A stretch of 63,626 nucleotides of DNA, filler included, from Candidatus Nanoarchaeia archaeon (GTDB lineage Archaea > Nanobdellota > Nanobdellia > Woesearchaeales > DATDTY01), in assembly GCA_035290625.1 (NCBI GenBank). It is 5 parts of 5 records of this genome, joined end to end, with 100 filler letters (N's around TTAATTAATTAA, not from the genome) between each part and the next. Parts side by side here need not be neighbours in the genome. Positions count along the whole stretch, not along the records: positions 8,636 to 35,482 come from DATDTY010000022.1; 4 more parts are not named here. One strand, 5' to 3'. Each line of letters begins with the position of its first letter. Position 1 is the stretch's first letter. Positions 9,671 to 19,600 of this stretch are shown piece after piece. The translations under genes were made by a program, and so were the position numbers. The notes below the pieces were generated by a model. That model made no database searches. It had not been told where the DNA came from and worked only from the letters and a program-made list of their open reading frames with translations.

Positions 9671-9950
9671 TGTGGGCTTGGCGAGCCCCCACCGCAACCT
9701 TGAAATATCCGCGGGTTATGACATCCCTCATTCCTGCAAGGTCTTTCCACGGAATCTCCGGATGCTTTTTCCTAATAGGACTAGGGATATTTTTAGCTGC
9801 TTCTCCAATTATCTCTATTTGCCTGACTATCGCACTTTGCCTTAACTTATCCTTAGATAGTTCCTGTTCTGTTAAATCTTCAGAAAACGACTCGATGTTG
9901 CTGATGCTATCCAGGATATCTTCTATAAATAAGTTTATGCTTCTTTTCAT
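9660..9950 (-). pseudogene. HepT/DUF86 HEPN toxin, degenerate
   Basis: AIVRQIEIIGEAAKNIP..HPEIPWK..GMRD; RX4HXY motif reads RDVITRGY; C-terminal helix missing. Confidence 0.75.
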
Positions 9951-10234
9951 ATAATCTTGACCTCTTCTTTTAAAATCTGATCCTTTAAGAGGGGGTGAAT
10001 CCCCTTATAACTAACCAGGTCTACTTTTTTATTCAATTTTTCCTCCAGTTCATGTTTTATGTGGACAAACTTCAAGAGGCTCATGCTTCTTGGTGGTTGT
10101 ATAAGAACGTCTACATCACTCCGCTGTTTATGTTCCCCTCTAACGTAACTTCCAAATATTCCTGCCCTCTTGACTTTGTAGCGCTTCAGAATGGGGGTTA
10201 TCTTCTGTTTTATTTTTAGTACGTCTTTTCTCAT
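9947..10234 (-). CDS. MntA-type minimal nucleotidyltransferase antitoxin
   Basis: IFGSYVRGE..SDVDVL, KKVDLV; 4-bp overlap with hepT. Confidence 0.9.
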   Translation of the reverse strand: MRKDVLKIKQKITPILKRYKVKRAGIFGSYVRGEHKQRSDVDVLIQPPRSMSLLKFVHIKHELEEKLNKKVDLVSYKGIHPLLKDQILKEEVKII

Positions 10235-10307
10235 GTTTTATTATAAGTATGGAGAAGTTTAAAAATGTATCTCCGAGCACGAATGACTGCCTCTTGGCTT
10301 TTCCATA

Positions 10308-10871
10308 TTAGCACACATCCAAATAGATCGTCACAACGCCTGCAGAGGTCCGGAAATAGGCCTGCTTGGACTCTTTGGATTGGAGGCATTCTCCTGCTCT
10401 GATGGGATCAATTGGCTGGTAATAATCCTCGTTAATGATCCTGAATTCGTAGTTGCTGATGCCGTAGTTTTGCAAGGAGTTTGTGAGGATATCTTCAATG
10501 AGTTCTGATGCTTTAGCGCAGGAGTCTTTGCCATTAACAGTTTTACCAGGAGGAGGAGGTTCAGAAACACATGGATCGGCGCTGTCTGAGTTCAGACAGC
10601 ATATCCTGTTGTTTGTGTCACTACTAGGATGCTTTGCGCAATCGTCCAGCAGACCTATGATTGTTGTGCCTTTGCAGCCTGTTGAGGTCCTGAGCAGCGC
10701 TGTCAGGGTGTTGGCTGCTGTCTGGGTCTGGGTAAAGGTCTTTTTGATCTCGCTCTGAGGCTTGAGGACAACAAACTGGATAACGAAGAGCGAGCCAAGA
10801 GTGAGGAGTATCACAATCACTGCAAGGCCCATGATTTCCATCTGTGATTTTCTTGTTTGCATTTGCTTCAT
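10308..10871 (-). CDS. Minor pilin-like protein (class III signal peptide)
   Basis: RKS/QMEIMGLAVIVILL; start at ATG 10871. Confidence 0.75.
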   Translation of the reverse strand: MKQMQTRKSQMEIMGLAVIVILLTLGSLFVIQFVVLKPQSEIKKTFTQTQTAANTLTALLRTSTGCKGTTIIGLLDDCAKHPSSDTNNRICCLNSDSADPCVSEPPPPGKTVNGKDSCAKASELIEDILTNSLQNYGISNYEFRIINEDYYQPIDPIRAGECLQSKESKQAYFRTSAGVVTIYLDVC

Positions 10872-10923
10872 ATTTGCTTCATGATTGATCCTTGGCAGGC
10901 GTATCCGAATTGCTGGATTTCCG

Positions 10924-11022
10924 AATGAGGCTGCGATGAAGACGGCTTCGGACGGCTTCGCCTGCTCGGCACCCCGAAGGGGGCAACCCCTGCCTCGCCC
11001 TCGCCATCGTCGCCGCCTCATT
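10924..11022. repeat. Palindromic intergenic element
   Basis: 14/16 terminal IR AATGAGGC(T/G)GCGA(T/C)GA; core CCCCGAAGGGGGCAACCCCT shared with the MITEs. Confidence 0.6.
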
Positions 11023-11027
11023 ATTTT

Positions 11028-11645
11028 TCATTTTCTCTGGAACACTGTTATTTCCATCATAGCAAATGCGCAGCTTCCTCTTAAGCCTCCGCAGATGCCT
11101 TCTCCCAATGGGTTGTAGAGGGATATGGGAACGTTTGTTCTTGATTGGGTGAATTGGGATTGTTCGGCTTCAGTTGAGGGGTTTGCATACAGGATAAAGG
11201 ATTCCTGTGTCCATACGCCGGTCGTAGGGCCTGTAAAAAAAGAAAGGGAGTTTCCTGAGCTGTCCTTTAAAAAGTCATCATGAGTTGGAGAGAGGACCTT
11301 TACTTCTATTTTGCTTAAGCCAAAGATGCCAGCATAATGCTCTTGTGAGCTTGGGTCAGAGATGGACTGATTTAAGAAAGCAAGCTTATAGATGTCTATG
11401 CAGTTATCTTCAACATCATTTCCTGAGCTGCATTGCAGTTCCGGCAGATTTGAGGCTTTCTGGACAACCTCTATCGCAGAGATGTCTGACTCGCGCTCAA
11501 AGGATTTCTGCGAAGTGGCTTGCTGGACTCCGATGTAGAAGAAGATTCCAAGGACAAGGAGCATAAAGAAGACGATGAGGATTGCGATTGTCTCTCCTAT
11601 CTTCAATTGGGCGTTCTTATTGATTGAGAGTATGCTAGAGTTCAT
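11028..11645 (-). CDS. Minor pilin-like protein
   Basis: KNA/QLKIGETIAILIVFFMLL, LPELQCS. Confidence 0.75.
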   Translation of the reverse strand: MNSSILSINKNAQLKIGETIAILIVFFMLLVLGIFFYIGVQQATSQKSFERESDISAIEVVQKASNLPELQCSSGNDVEDNCIDIYKLAFLNQSISDPSSQEHYAGIFGLSKIEVKVLSPTHDDFLKDSSGNSLSFFTGPTTGVWTQESFILYANPSTEAEQSQFTQSRTNVPISLYNPLGEGICGGLRGSCAFAMMEITVFQRK

Positions 11646-11839
11646 TGCTTGCCCTTATGATTGTTATTCATTACTTTTTCATTAGACTTTTGACTGGGAT
11701 TATATTGGCTTCCAATGATTATTTTTTATGGGTTGTATATTTTTAATGGCTATTATTAATCGCTTTTTCTCTTTATTGAATTGGTTTCTTCTCAATGATT
11801 GGAGTTTTCTTGTTTCCGGGCAATCAAAAGCTCCTTTGG

Positions 11840-12952
11840 TCAATACACTTCAGGGCAGGAGAGGCGCTGGAGGTTGGTGTTGGTGGATTTCAGGCCATCG
11901 GCTTCACTTTTTATTGTACCTAGATTTCCTGTTCCTTGCGGAGCAGTTACGCCAATGAGGTTTTTGTTGGCAGCAATAATAGTAGTTAACTTGTTTTCGG
12001 CATTGCCTAGCTCGGTTGCGCAATTTGTTCTGGTTGCGGTAGTCATTGCGGTTTTAAGAGAGCTGGTCCTTTCTTTGTAGATCTCTGCAACCTTGTCTAA
12101 TACCTTGTAAGCTTCTCTCATGTTGCAGTTGTAGGTGTCAATGTCGTCGGAGAAGATGGCTCCTAAGAGGGATGGGGTTCCTAAATAGTACGTGGTTGCG
12201 CTTGGATTCTCTATACCTGCGTCCTGAGCCCATCCAGTCGAACTTTTCTGGTAGAATTTTATTTCGCCTGCGCCTTCAATCTCTCCATCAATAAAAAGAG
12301 CAGTAAGATCCTCGTCTTCCATTGAAACGAGGGCAGGGGGGATTGAAGGAAGGGGGGAAGGAGGCACTGTAAAATAAACAATCCTCACTTTGTAGTTATT
12401 GAGGTTTTGAATATTATTCAGAGCAGTAGCATCTGTTACGAGTTCTTTCGCCAGCAATGGCTTTCTTTCGCCTCTTTCCTGGATATATTGCTCAGGAAGA
12501 AGGTTGTAGATTTTGTCTGCTTTGCTTTGCACAGTAGTGCTGGCGCCATCATCCACAATGATATACCTCACATTCGGGCTTGTGATATACTGAAAGTTTG
12601 CAATTCTGAACGGCATGCTCCAATCCAATGTCCATGCCATGAGCTGGTAGCCTTTGAAGAGGGAGGGAGAAAAAGCGACCTGGGGCTTGACTGGATTGAT
12701 TCCTCCAATGCTGTAGCCTGCGCAGTCATAAGAGATGCCTATATTCGGGATGCTGATTAAAGATGCTGAGCCTGCTGTGACCTTTGATGAGGTGAAGATC
12801 GAGCTTAAGTCAAACCTTACTGTCCTTGCAATCTTTGTCTCTGCTACATCCTTCTGCTTTGAGGCAAGGGTGAAAAAGAAGAGCAGGATGATTCCTCCTA
12901 CGATGATTATAAAGATCCAGTTCAGCTGTATGTCGATAACTGCTTTGGACAT
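11840..12952 (-). CDS. Pilin-like protein (class III signal peptide), 370 aa
   Basis: MSKA/VIDIQLNWIFIIIVGGIILLFF; start at ATG 12952. Confidence 0.75.
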   Translation of the reverse strand: MSKAVIDIQLNWIFIIIVGGIILLFFFTLASKQKDVAETKIARTVRFDLSSIFTSSKVTAGSASLISIPNIGISYDCAGYSIGGINPVKPQVAFSPSLFKGYQLMAWTLDWSMPFRIANFQYITSPNVRYIIVDDGASTTVQSKADKIYNLLPEQYIQERGERKPLLAKELVTDATALNNIQNLNNYKVRIVYFTVPPSPLPSIPPALVSMEDEDLTALFIDGEIEGAGEIKFYQKSSTGWAQDAGIENPSATTYYLGTPSLLGAIFSDDIDTYNCNMREAYKVLDKVAEIYKERTSSLKTAMTTATRTNCATELGNAENKLTTIIAANKNLIGVTAPQGTGNLGTIKSEADGLKSTNTNLQRLSCPEVY

Positions 12953-13082
12953 AAATAGACACCTTCCATCATATCCTATACTCACGGGCAAATATAATTG
13001 AGCAATTGTTGCCCGTTCGTAATAAGTAAAGGCAATAATTTATGCTCAATTATTTGTTGCCTTTACTATACCTTTGCTTAAG

Positions 13083-13667
13083 TTAAGTTGGCCATTCAGA
13101 TAACTCAACACTATCCCCCAGTCCTCTGAGCTTGATCTCAACCTTTCCGTTGAGGGTTGGGAGGCAGAGGTAATGCTGCTGGGCGGAGTCATATCCGTTA
13201 GTGGTATCATCAAGCACGATTTTAATGGGGCCTGCGTCAATGGGATCTGAGGCAATGTCGTTTTGATTGAGGAGATAGACGTTTTCTCCCTCGTTTGATG
13301 TTGCGCTTTTCCATGCATCGCAGATGCCGATATGGTAATCGAGGTTTCCTGAATCACATATTCCCTGCTTGGGGCCTGATGATGGGTCTGGATCGTTATC
13401 TGGATCAGATGCCCAGAACATATCCAAAAAGCAAACCTTTGTAATTCCAGAAGGCAGCTTTAATTCCCTTTTATCTATGGTTCCAAAGTCTGCCCCTATC
13501 TTCTTCACAGCTGCTTTCAGGTCAACTGCAAGCTGTGTTGAGGTTATGCGGTCTGCGTCATTCTGAAACTTGAAGACAATCTTGTAGCCATAGAGAAGAA
13601 TCATGGCAAAGATGATCGCAGCAATAACATAGCCGAGTACTGTGCCTGTAATCTCTGCTCTCCTCAT
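13083..13667 (-). CDS. Minor pilin-like protein
   Basis: MRRA/EITGTVLGYVIAAIIFAMILL; ATGA coupling with upstream gene. Confidence 0.75.
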   Translation of the reverse strand: MRRAEITGTVLGYVIAAIIFAMILLYGYKIVFKFQNDADRITSTQLAVDLKAAVKKIGADFGTIDKRELKLPSGITKVCFLDMFWASDPDNDPDPSSGPKQGICDSGNLDYHIGICDAWKSATSNEGENVYLLNQNDIASDPIDAGPIKIVLDDTTNGYDSAQQHYLCLPTLNGKVEIKLRGLGDSVELSEWPT

Positions 13668-16600
13668 CGCTTCTTCCTTTTTTGAGGCTTTGCTTTTGCT
13701 GGTTTTACCTTTGCTACTGCCTTTCGCCTTGGTTGTTGAGATGCCCTTTGGGTTGGCTTTTTTGACAGCTTTTTTGGAAGGACGGGTTTTTCTGGCATTG
13801 CTATCTTTCGCGGCTGAGGCTTTTCAGGCTGTTTCTCTGTTATCTTTGGTTTCTCTGGAACTGGCTTCTGTATCTTCTGCTCAGAGGGAAGAGTTGGCTT
13901 TGGAAGCTGGCCCTCTGCAAATTTCTTGAGTTCTGAAAAGATGTCTCCCTTAGCCTCAGATGTCGGCAGCTTTGTGAAGATGTCATGCTTTGTTAGATCA
14001 ACCCATTTCTCAGGCTCTTGCTTTGCTTCAGGCTTTAGGGTTGGCTTTGATGGCCTGAATGGCGCCCCAAAATCGCCAAAGAGGCTCTGGCGCATCTGCT
14101 GGCGGTGTTTCTGGATTTCCTTTGAGATAGGAGTTACTTTTTGAGGAACTGGCCTTAGGCCTGGCAGCGGAGGCAGGGCTCTCTTGGGGGAGAGATGGAG
14201 CCTTGTCCGCTCATAGTAGAAGTAGCCAAATGCTGCTCCGACTCCAACTAAGGTGAGAACTGAGAACATAGTAATCCAGAAGAGGGCTGATGCGGGCTTG
14301 GAATTTGGATCAAGAGGGTCTGTTCCTGCATCAACTTCATCCTTGTCATTCCAGCCATCTCCGTCAGTGTCTTCCTGGTTTGGATTAGTTCCGAGCCTGA
14401 ACTCTTCAAAATTCGTCAAGCCGTCCTGGTCTGGATCAAGGGCTGCATCTGCGGGATCAGAGGGGTTGAGGTTATTTTGAGTTTCCCAGCTGTTATCCAT
14501 TCCGTCTCCATCCTTGTCCTTATCACAGGCATCTCCGATTCCATCGTTGTCAAGGTCCTCCTGGCTGGGATTTGAGTTTGCCGGGCAGTTATCAAGATCA
14601 TTTTCTATGCCATCCCCATCATTATCAGAGCTTTGGCTGCAGAAGCTTGCCTGGCAGGAATTGCTCATGCAGTCGCTGTTGTACTGGCAGGGTGTATCAA
14701 CAGGGCATTTCTTCCCGAAGGTAACGCAGACTCCGCCGCAATCAGTTCCCATCTCATCTAAGTCGATCCTTCCATTGCTGCAGAGGCTTGGAGCCCCTGA
14801 ATCTGATCCTCCGCATCTCTGGTTGAGGCATTCTCCATTGGAGCAGTCTGAGTCGCGGCTGCATTTCTTTCCGGCAGAGCACTTCTTTTCGAGATCAACG
14901 CAGACTCCGCCGCAATCGATGTCTGTTTCCTGAGGCCCTTCTCTCCTGTCTGTGCAGGTTGTGTTTGCGCATGTTCCTCTGTTTCTGGATCCGGAAAGGT
15001 AGCAGAATCCTGAAGTGCAGTCTGCGTTGTCTGCGCATTCCTGGCCAAGGCCGCAGCCTGTTGAGCAGATTCCGCCGCAGTCAACACCAATTTCGCCAGC
15101 GTCTCTCACCTGGTTGGTGCACTGTTCAGGCAATAAGGATGTGTCAACAGTGATTCCATCGCTGTCCCTTGCTGTGCTCCAGAGATTTGCTCCGTTCTTT
15201 GCCTCAACCCTGAAGAAATACCTTTGGGAGTTGTTGAGGCTGAGGCCTGTCATCGTGAATTCAGGAGAAGAATCCTGGGCTGTTGATATCGGAGAGTCTC
15301 TTGTGACTGCTGAGCTTTTGTAGAGGGTGTAATTGTAGAGCACTATTTGCGATTCGTTGTCTCTTGCTTCAACCCTGACATGGAGCCTTCTGTTCGAGGC
15401 TGTGAACTGCGGCCTGTCAGGAAGATCAGGATTTGAATCATCAACCAGAGTGATAACTGGAGCAGTTGTGTCAATGATAAAGGAGATGGTTGCTTCAGCG
15501 CTGTACTGGCCGCGAAGGCATCTGAGGATATAGGAATGGCTGCCCTGGCTGAGTTCGGCTATAGTCACTGAATGCGACCTTCCTCCTGTGGAGGGCATGT
15601 TGACAAATGGGTTTGAAGAATTGCTTGAATAGGTGCACTGGCTGATTTTGTTTGTATTTGCAATAAGCCTTGCTGTTGCCAGTGCAGGGAATTCAACCTG
15701 AGTTGAGAGGATGGCTAATGGAACTGAGGTATTGACCCGGATGCTGATGTTTGCAGGCTGCTCTGTTATGAGACCTGCCTTATTTTTGCACTTTGCGGTT
15801 ATGTAATATGTCCTCTGGTCTTCTGTGATTATTGAAGAAAGAGGAGCTGTGCTTCTGGTTGAGTAGTTTTCTGCTGTGAATGAAGGAAAGGGAAGCATGG
15901 CATCAAAGCCGTCAATGTTGTTTCCGTATTTGCAGATTGAATCCTCGTTTGTGGTTGCAATCAGCTGGGCATCTGTAGGAAGGTCTGCGATGAAGTTGTC
16001 TGGATAGGAGGTTTGGAGGGTTAGAGTTGGAGGAGTCTGGTCTACGATAATGGTGAAAGACTGGTCTCTCATTTCTCCTCTTGTAAGGTCATTGCATTTG
16101 ACATACAGGCTTCTTGAGAAGACACCATTCTGGCTTGCAACATTCTCAAGGGAAAAGGAGGTGATGGTGTGCTGCAGGGCTGCTGATCTTGGTGTGTCAA
16201 ATTCCTGGTAAAGGTCAAAGTTTTCTGAGGAGAGATCCCACCACTTGCAGTAGGCTGGCCTGCTCAGGTTGATTGTGACTGGGAATGCGAATACAGAGGA
16301 ATAGCCGAATCTTGGAGATCTTATTGAGATGTCAATTGGGGGGATGACAACATTGAAGCTGAGCTGTTCCTCGACTGGGTTGTTCGCGGAGTCAATTGCA
16401 TGGACTGTGAAGGTATAGGAACCAGGCCGCAATGACGCAACAGGCCTATAGACAAAGAGGATATCTTGGACTGAGCGGACAAACTCCACTGCAAACGGCG
16501 CATTGGTGGAATTGACGAGGCGGACTGTTTGCTGGGGGGTAAGGGAGGCTGGGTTTATAGGTTCGCTGAATGCAATGCCTATCTCAGGTTGCTGTTCGTA

Positions 16601-16684
16601 GATAGTAATTGGGGCTGTCTGGGCTGAGGCGAGCATAGCTGCAGTTGCGAACAGTACAAAATATACAAGGATGGCTGGTTTCAT
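13664..16684 (-). CDS. Membrane-anchored surface protein: Ig/FN3-like domains, Cys-rich DCGG repeats, thrombospondin type 3 Ca-binding repeats, TM helix, Lys-rich tail
   Basis: Signal peptide; three (V/I/T)DCGG units; DxDxDG repeats; TM LFWITMFSVLTLVGVGAAFGYFYY; ATGA overlap with the giant gene. Confidence 0.85.
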   Translation of the reverse strand: MKPAILVYFVLFATAAMLASAQTAPITIYEQQPEIGIAFSEPINPASLTPQQTVRLVNSTNAPFAVEFVRSVQDILFVYRPVASLRPGSYTFTVHAIDSANNPVEEQLSFNVVIPPIDISIRSPRFGYSSVFAFPVTINLSRPAYCKWWDLSSENFDLYQEFDTPRSAALQHTITSFSLENVASQNGVFSRSLYVKCNDLTRGEMRDQSFTIIVDQTPPTLTLQTSYPDNFIADLPTDAQLIATTNEDSICKYGNNIDGFDAMLPFPSFTAENYSTRSTAPLSSIITEDQRTYYITAKCKNKAGLITEQPANISIRVNTSVPLAILSTQVEFPALATARLIANTNKISQCTYSSNSSNPFVNMPSTGGRSHSVTIAELSQGSHSYILRCLRGQYSAEATISFIIDTTAPVITLVDDSNPDLPDRPQFTASNRRLHVRVEARDNESQIVLYNYTLYKSSAVTRDSPISTAQDSSPEFTMTGLSLNNSQRYFFRVEAKNGANLWSTARDSDGITVDTSLLPEQCTNQVRDAGEIGVDCGGICSTGCGLGQECADNADCTSGFCYLSGSRNRGTCANTTCTDRREGPQETDIDCGGVCVDLEKKCSAGKKCSRDSDCSNGECLNQRCGGSDSGAPSLCSNGRIDLDEMGTDCGGVCVTFGKKCPVDTPCQYNSDCMSNSCQASFCSQSSDNDGDGIENDLDNCPANSNPSQEDLDNDGIGDACDKDKDGDGMDNSWETQNNLNPSDPADAALDPDQDGLTNFEEFRLGTNPNQEDTDGDGWNDKDEVDAGTDPLDPNSKPASALFWITMFSVLTLVGVGAAFGYFYYERTRLHLSPKRALPPLPGLRPVPQKVTPISKEIQKHRQQMRQSLFGDFGAPFRPSKPTLKPEAKQEPEKWVDLTKHDIFTKLPTSEAKGDIFSELKKFAEGQLPKPTLPSEQKIQKPVPEKPKITEKQPEKPQPRKIAMPEKPVLPKKLSKKPTQRASQQPRRKAVAKVKPAKAKPQKRKKR

Positions 16685-19600
16685 GAGGCTATGCACGCTC
16701 CTTGAGAGCAGCCATTTTGGCATTCAATGCCTCTCTGGGTTCTGCTTGTTCCTGAACAGGCCTGTTCAAGGAGGATTCTTGTATTGAAGCATGTGTCGTT
16801 GAAGCTGTTTGCGTTGATAGCAACTGAACCTCTGGAATTGTAGTCCAAGCCGTCAGAGTCTGTGCATGTTCCTATTGCTGCCTGAGCATCGGGGCATATA
16901 GTTATTTCGCCGATCGTGAAGCAAAGCTGAGGGGCTGCAGTGTCTATTGTGACTGCAGATGTTTCAGAAACTCCGCGGTTTCCTAACGAGTCTGTTGCGT
17001 TCACATAATAGGTATAGGCGCCGTCTTGTGGGAGGGTTACTGATGTTGTGAAGGCTCCTGCCGCTGTTCTGGTGAGCGAGTGCACTGTAATTGTTCCGTT
17101 TGCTGCCGTCATGACAAGGCTTGAGGCAGTGATTGTTGCTGAAGTGATGGGAGAGGTGACTGTTCCTGCGACGCTGATTGTTCTTGTGTTACTTATCCTT
17201 GTCGTAGGTGACTGAAGGGTGAATACCGGAGCCCTGCTGTCGGTGGTGAAGGATGTTGTTGCTTCATTGGAGTTTTCAAGGATGTCTTCTGCGTGGATTG
17301 TTGCTGTGTATTGGCCATTGGCTAATGCCGAGGACGGTGTGAATTCGAGAATGTTTTCTGCGGTCAGATGTGTTGTTCCGGGGATTTGGCCTGCTGCGTT
17401 TCTGAGTTGTATCGAGGAACTTGACTCCAAGATGGGAGTTGCTAAATGCGGTATGAGTGTTGCCCTGATGATGGAGACTGCGTTGCGAATCGTTCCTGTT
17501 GCAGGATCGACTGCAGTGATTGTTGGGCCTGCCTGGGTCTGGATGATATGGACCGGGTCTGAGAGTTCTGATGGGTTATTTGCGCGGTCATAGGCAATTG
17601 CTGTTAAGGTGTTGTTCTTGCTTGCTAAGAGTTCTATCGTATCTGAAAATGTTGTTCCTGCAGTTATGGTTATGGTCTTGACTAAGGTTGGTGTTCCTGA
17701 TGTGCCTGCCTCTTTCCTGTAAATCTCAACCTTTACAACGTCTGAATCAATGGTTCCTGAGATGGCTGCTGTTTCAGTTCTGACAATAGGCTGCGATGTT
17801 GAAAGGACTGGCTTTGCAGGAGGGGTGAAGTCTGTAGTGAAGGAAACTTGGATTGTGTTGGGATTAATGCCTTGGGCCCCCACTATGGCTCTGCAATTAA
17901 TTGAGACTGTGTAGGCTGCTCCTGCTGCTTCAAATTGAGGCCTTGTCTTTCCTACGGCTGCTTCCATTGCAACAGTATGCTCGTTTTGGGAGTTGGAAGT
18001 TAAGGAGGTGATTGTTGATGGAGTCGTTCCACTGTAGATTGCTTGGCAAGCTGCTGGCCGGGGTGTTGAGACTACAATGTTCGCTGCCGTCTGCCTGTTC
18101 AGGAATTGGGCTGTGGGGGAGATTATGGAAATGGGAAGCTGGTAAGATGCGGGCCTGGTTATGCGAAGGGTGTAGGGAGCTGATTCAAGGCCTGCTTTGC
18201 TTGTGCAGGTGATAATGTATTCTGTGGTTGCCAGGGGCTGGGAAATTGTAGTTCCTGTTGATTTCGAGTTTGCATACGTTGTATCTCCGATTTGCCTTGG
18301 AGTGCTTGATCCTGTGATATAGCTGCAGATGACTTCCTGATCTGCGTAAACTTGGAATCCTGTTGTGGCTACTCCTGTGAAGAGGATGTAGGATTTGGAG
18401 CTTTGAGTTGATTCAGCCAGATCTGCAAAATTGGCGTTGGTGAGTGTTACGTCTGTGATTGAGGGGATTCTGGTATCAACGAGAAGATTGATGCTGGTTT
18501 CTTTTTCCTGGTTGAATATATCAGTGCAGGCGACTGTAAGTGTGGTTGTGTCGTCTTGCGCTAATGTATTTTGGATTGTGTGCGAGAACCTTTCTCCGGT
18601 TTCCTGGGTAAGAGAGGCTGTGTGCTCTGCTCCGTCAAATGAGTTATAGCGCATGTTGCATGATGTTGCCACTTCATTTGTTGTGAATACAAGGCTTGGA
18701 GTGAGGCTTGAGGTTGCTCTTGTTGATGGAGAGGTGAGAGTTGCTGTTGGGCCAATGTTGTCTTTGACAATTGTGAAGTCCACTGTTCCTGGGCGGCCTG
18801 CTGGGGTGGTTCCTGTGATGGTGAAGGTTTTGGCAAAGCCTCTGGCATGTTGATTTCCTGTTGTGAATGGAAGCGCGGCTGTGATGGTGAAGTCTCTATG
18901 ATTGGGGCCAAGAGTTTCTTGAACTTCGGTTATTACACCGCTTTCTGCTGGGAGGTCAATGGAAGCTAGGTCTTTTGATGATGTTCCTGTGATGCGGATC
19001 TGCAAATTCGGAGTGTTTCTGGTTACAAATGCCCGAGTTATGTGATCAAATATCGTAAGTTGGTCTAGGCCTACTATTTCAATCTCACTTATTGTGAGCG
19101 ATGGGGCTTCTGTGTCGATGGTGAAGGTTGATGTTGCTGTGCTGGAGAAGCCTTTGGCGTCTGTTGCAGTTATTGTTACGGTATGCTGGCCTGAAGCAAG
19201 GCCTGTGGTTGGTGTGTAGGAGATTTGATTGTTTGAGGGTGTTAAGCGTATTGGTGATTGGCCGTCAAGGCTTATGGCTGGCTTATTTGCATCTGTTGTA
19301 GCTATTCCTGATGTGTCTGTGATGGTTGCTGAGATTGTTGGGGTTGTGTCGCTGATTACTGCACCTGCCTGCGGGCTTGTGATGGTTATTGTTGGATACG
19401 TTGTATCCAGAGCAACATTAGATTGAGCAGCCTGGCCTGTATTGCCTGCTGCATCACGAAGGTTGCTGAGAGCAAGAGAGTATTGGCCGTCAAGGTCTGC
19501 AGGAAGGGTGAAGGCTGCAGTGTATGGGAAATTTGTGGTGGTTGCTGTTCCGGGAGTGACAATATCGGCTGAAATTTGCACTGGTGCCGCGCTTCCTTGG

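Noticed and set aside
9440..9697. N-terminal extensions on ORF-track calls (pilin 9697, DedA 8467, 11021, DHS-like 49121, PGI 49165)
   Set aside because: They run through MITEs or promoters; better starts with RBS or TATA lie downstream
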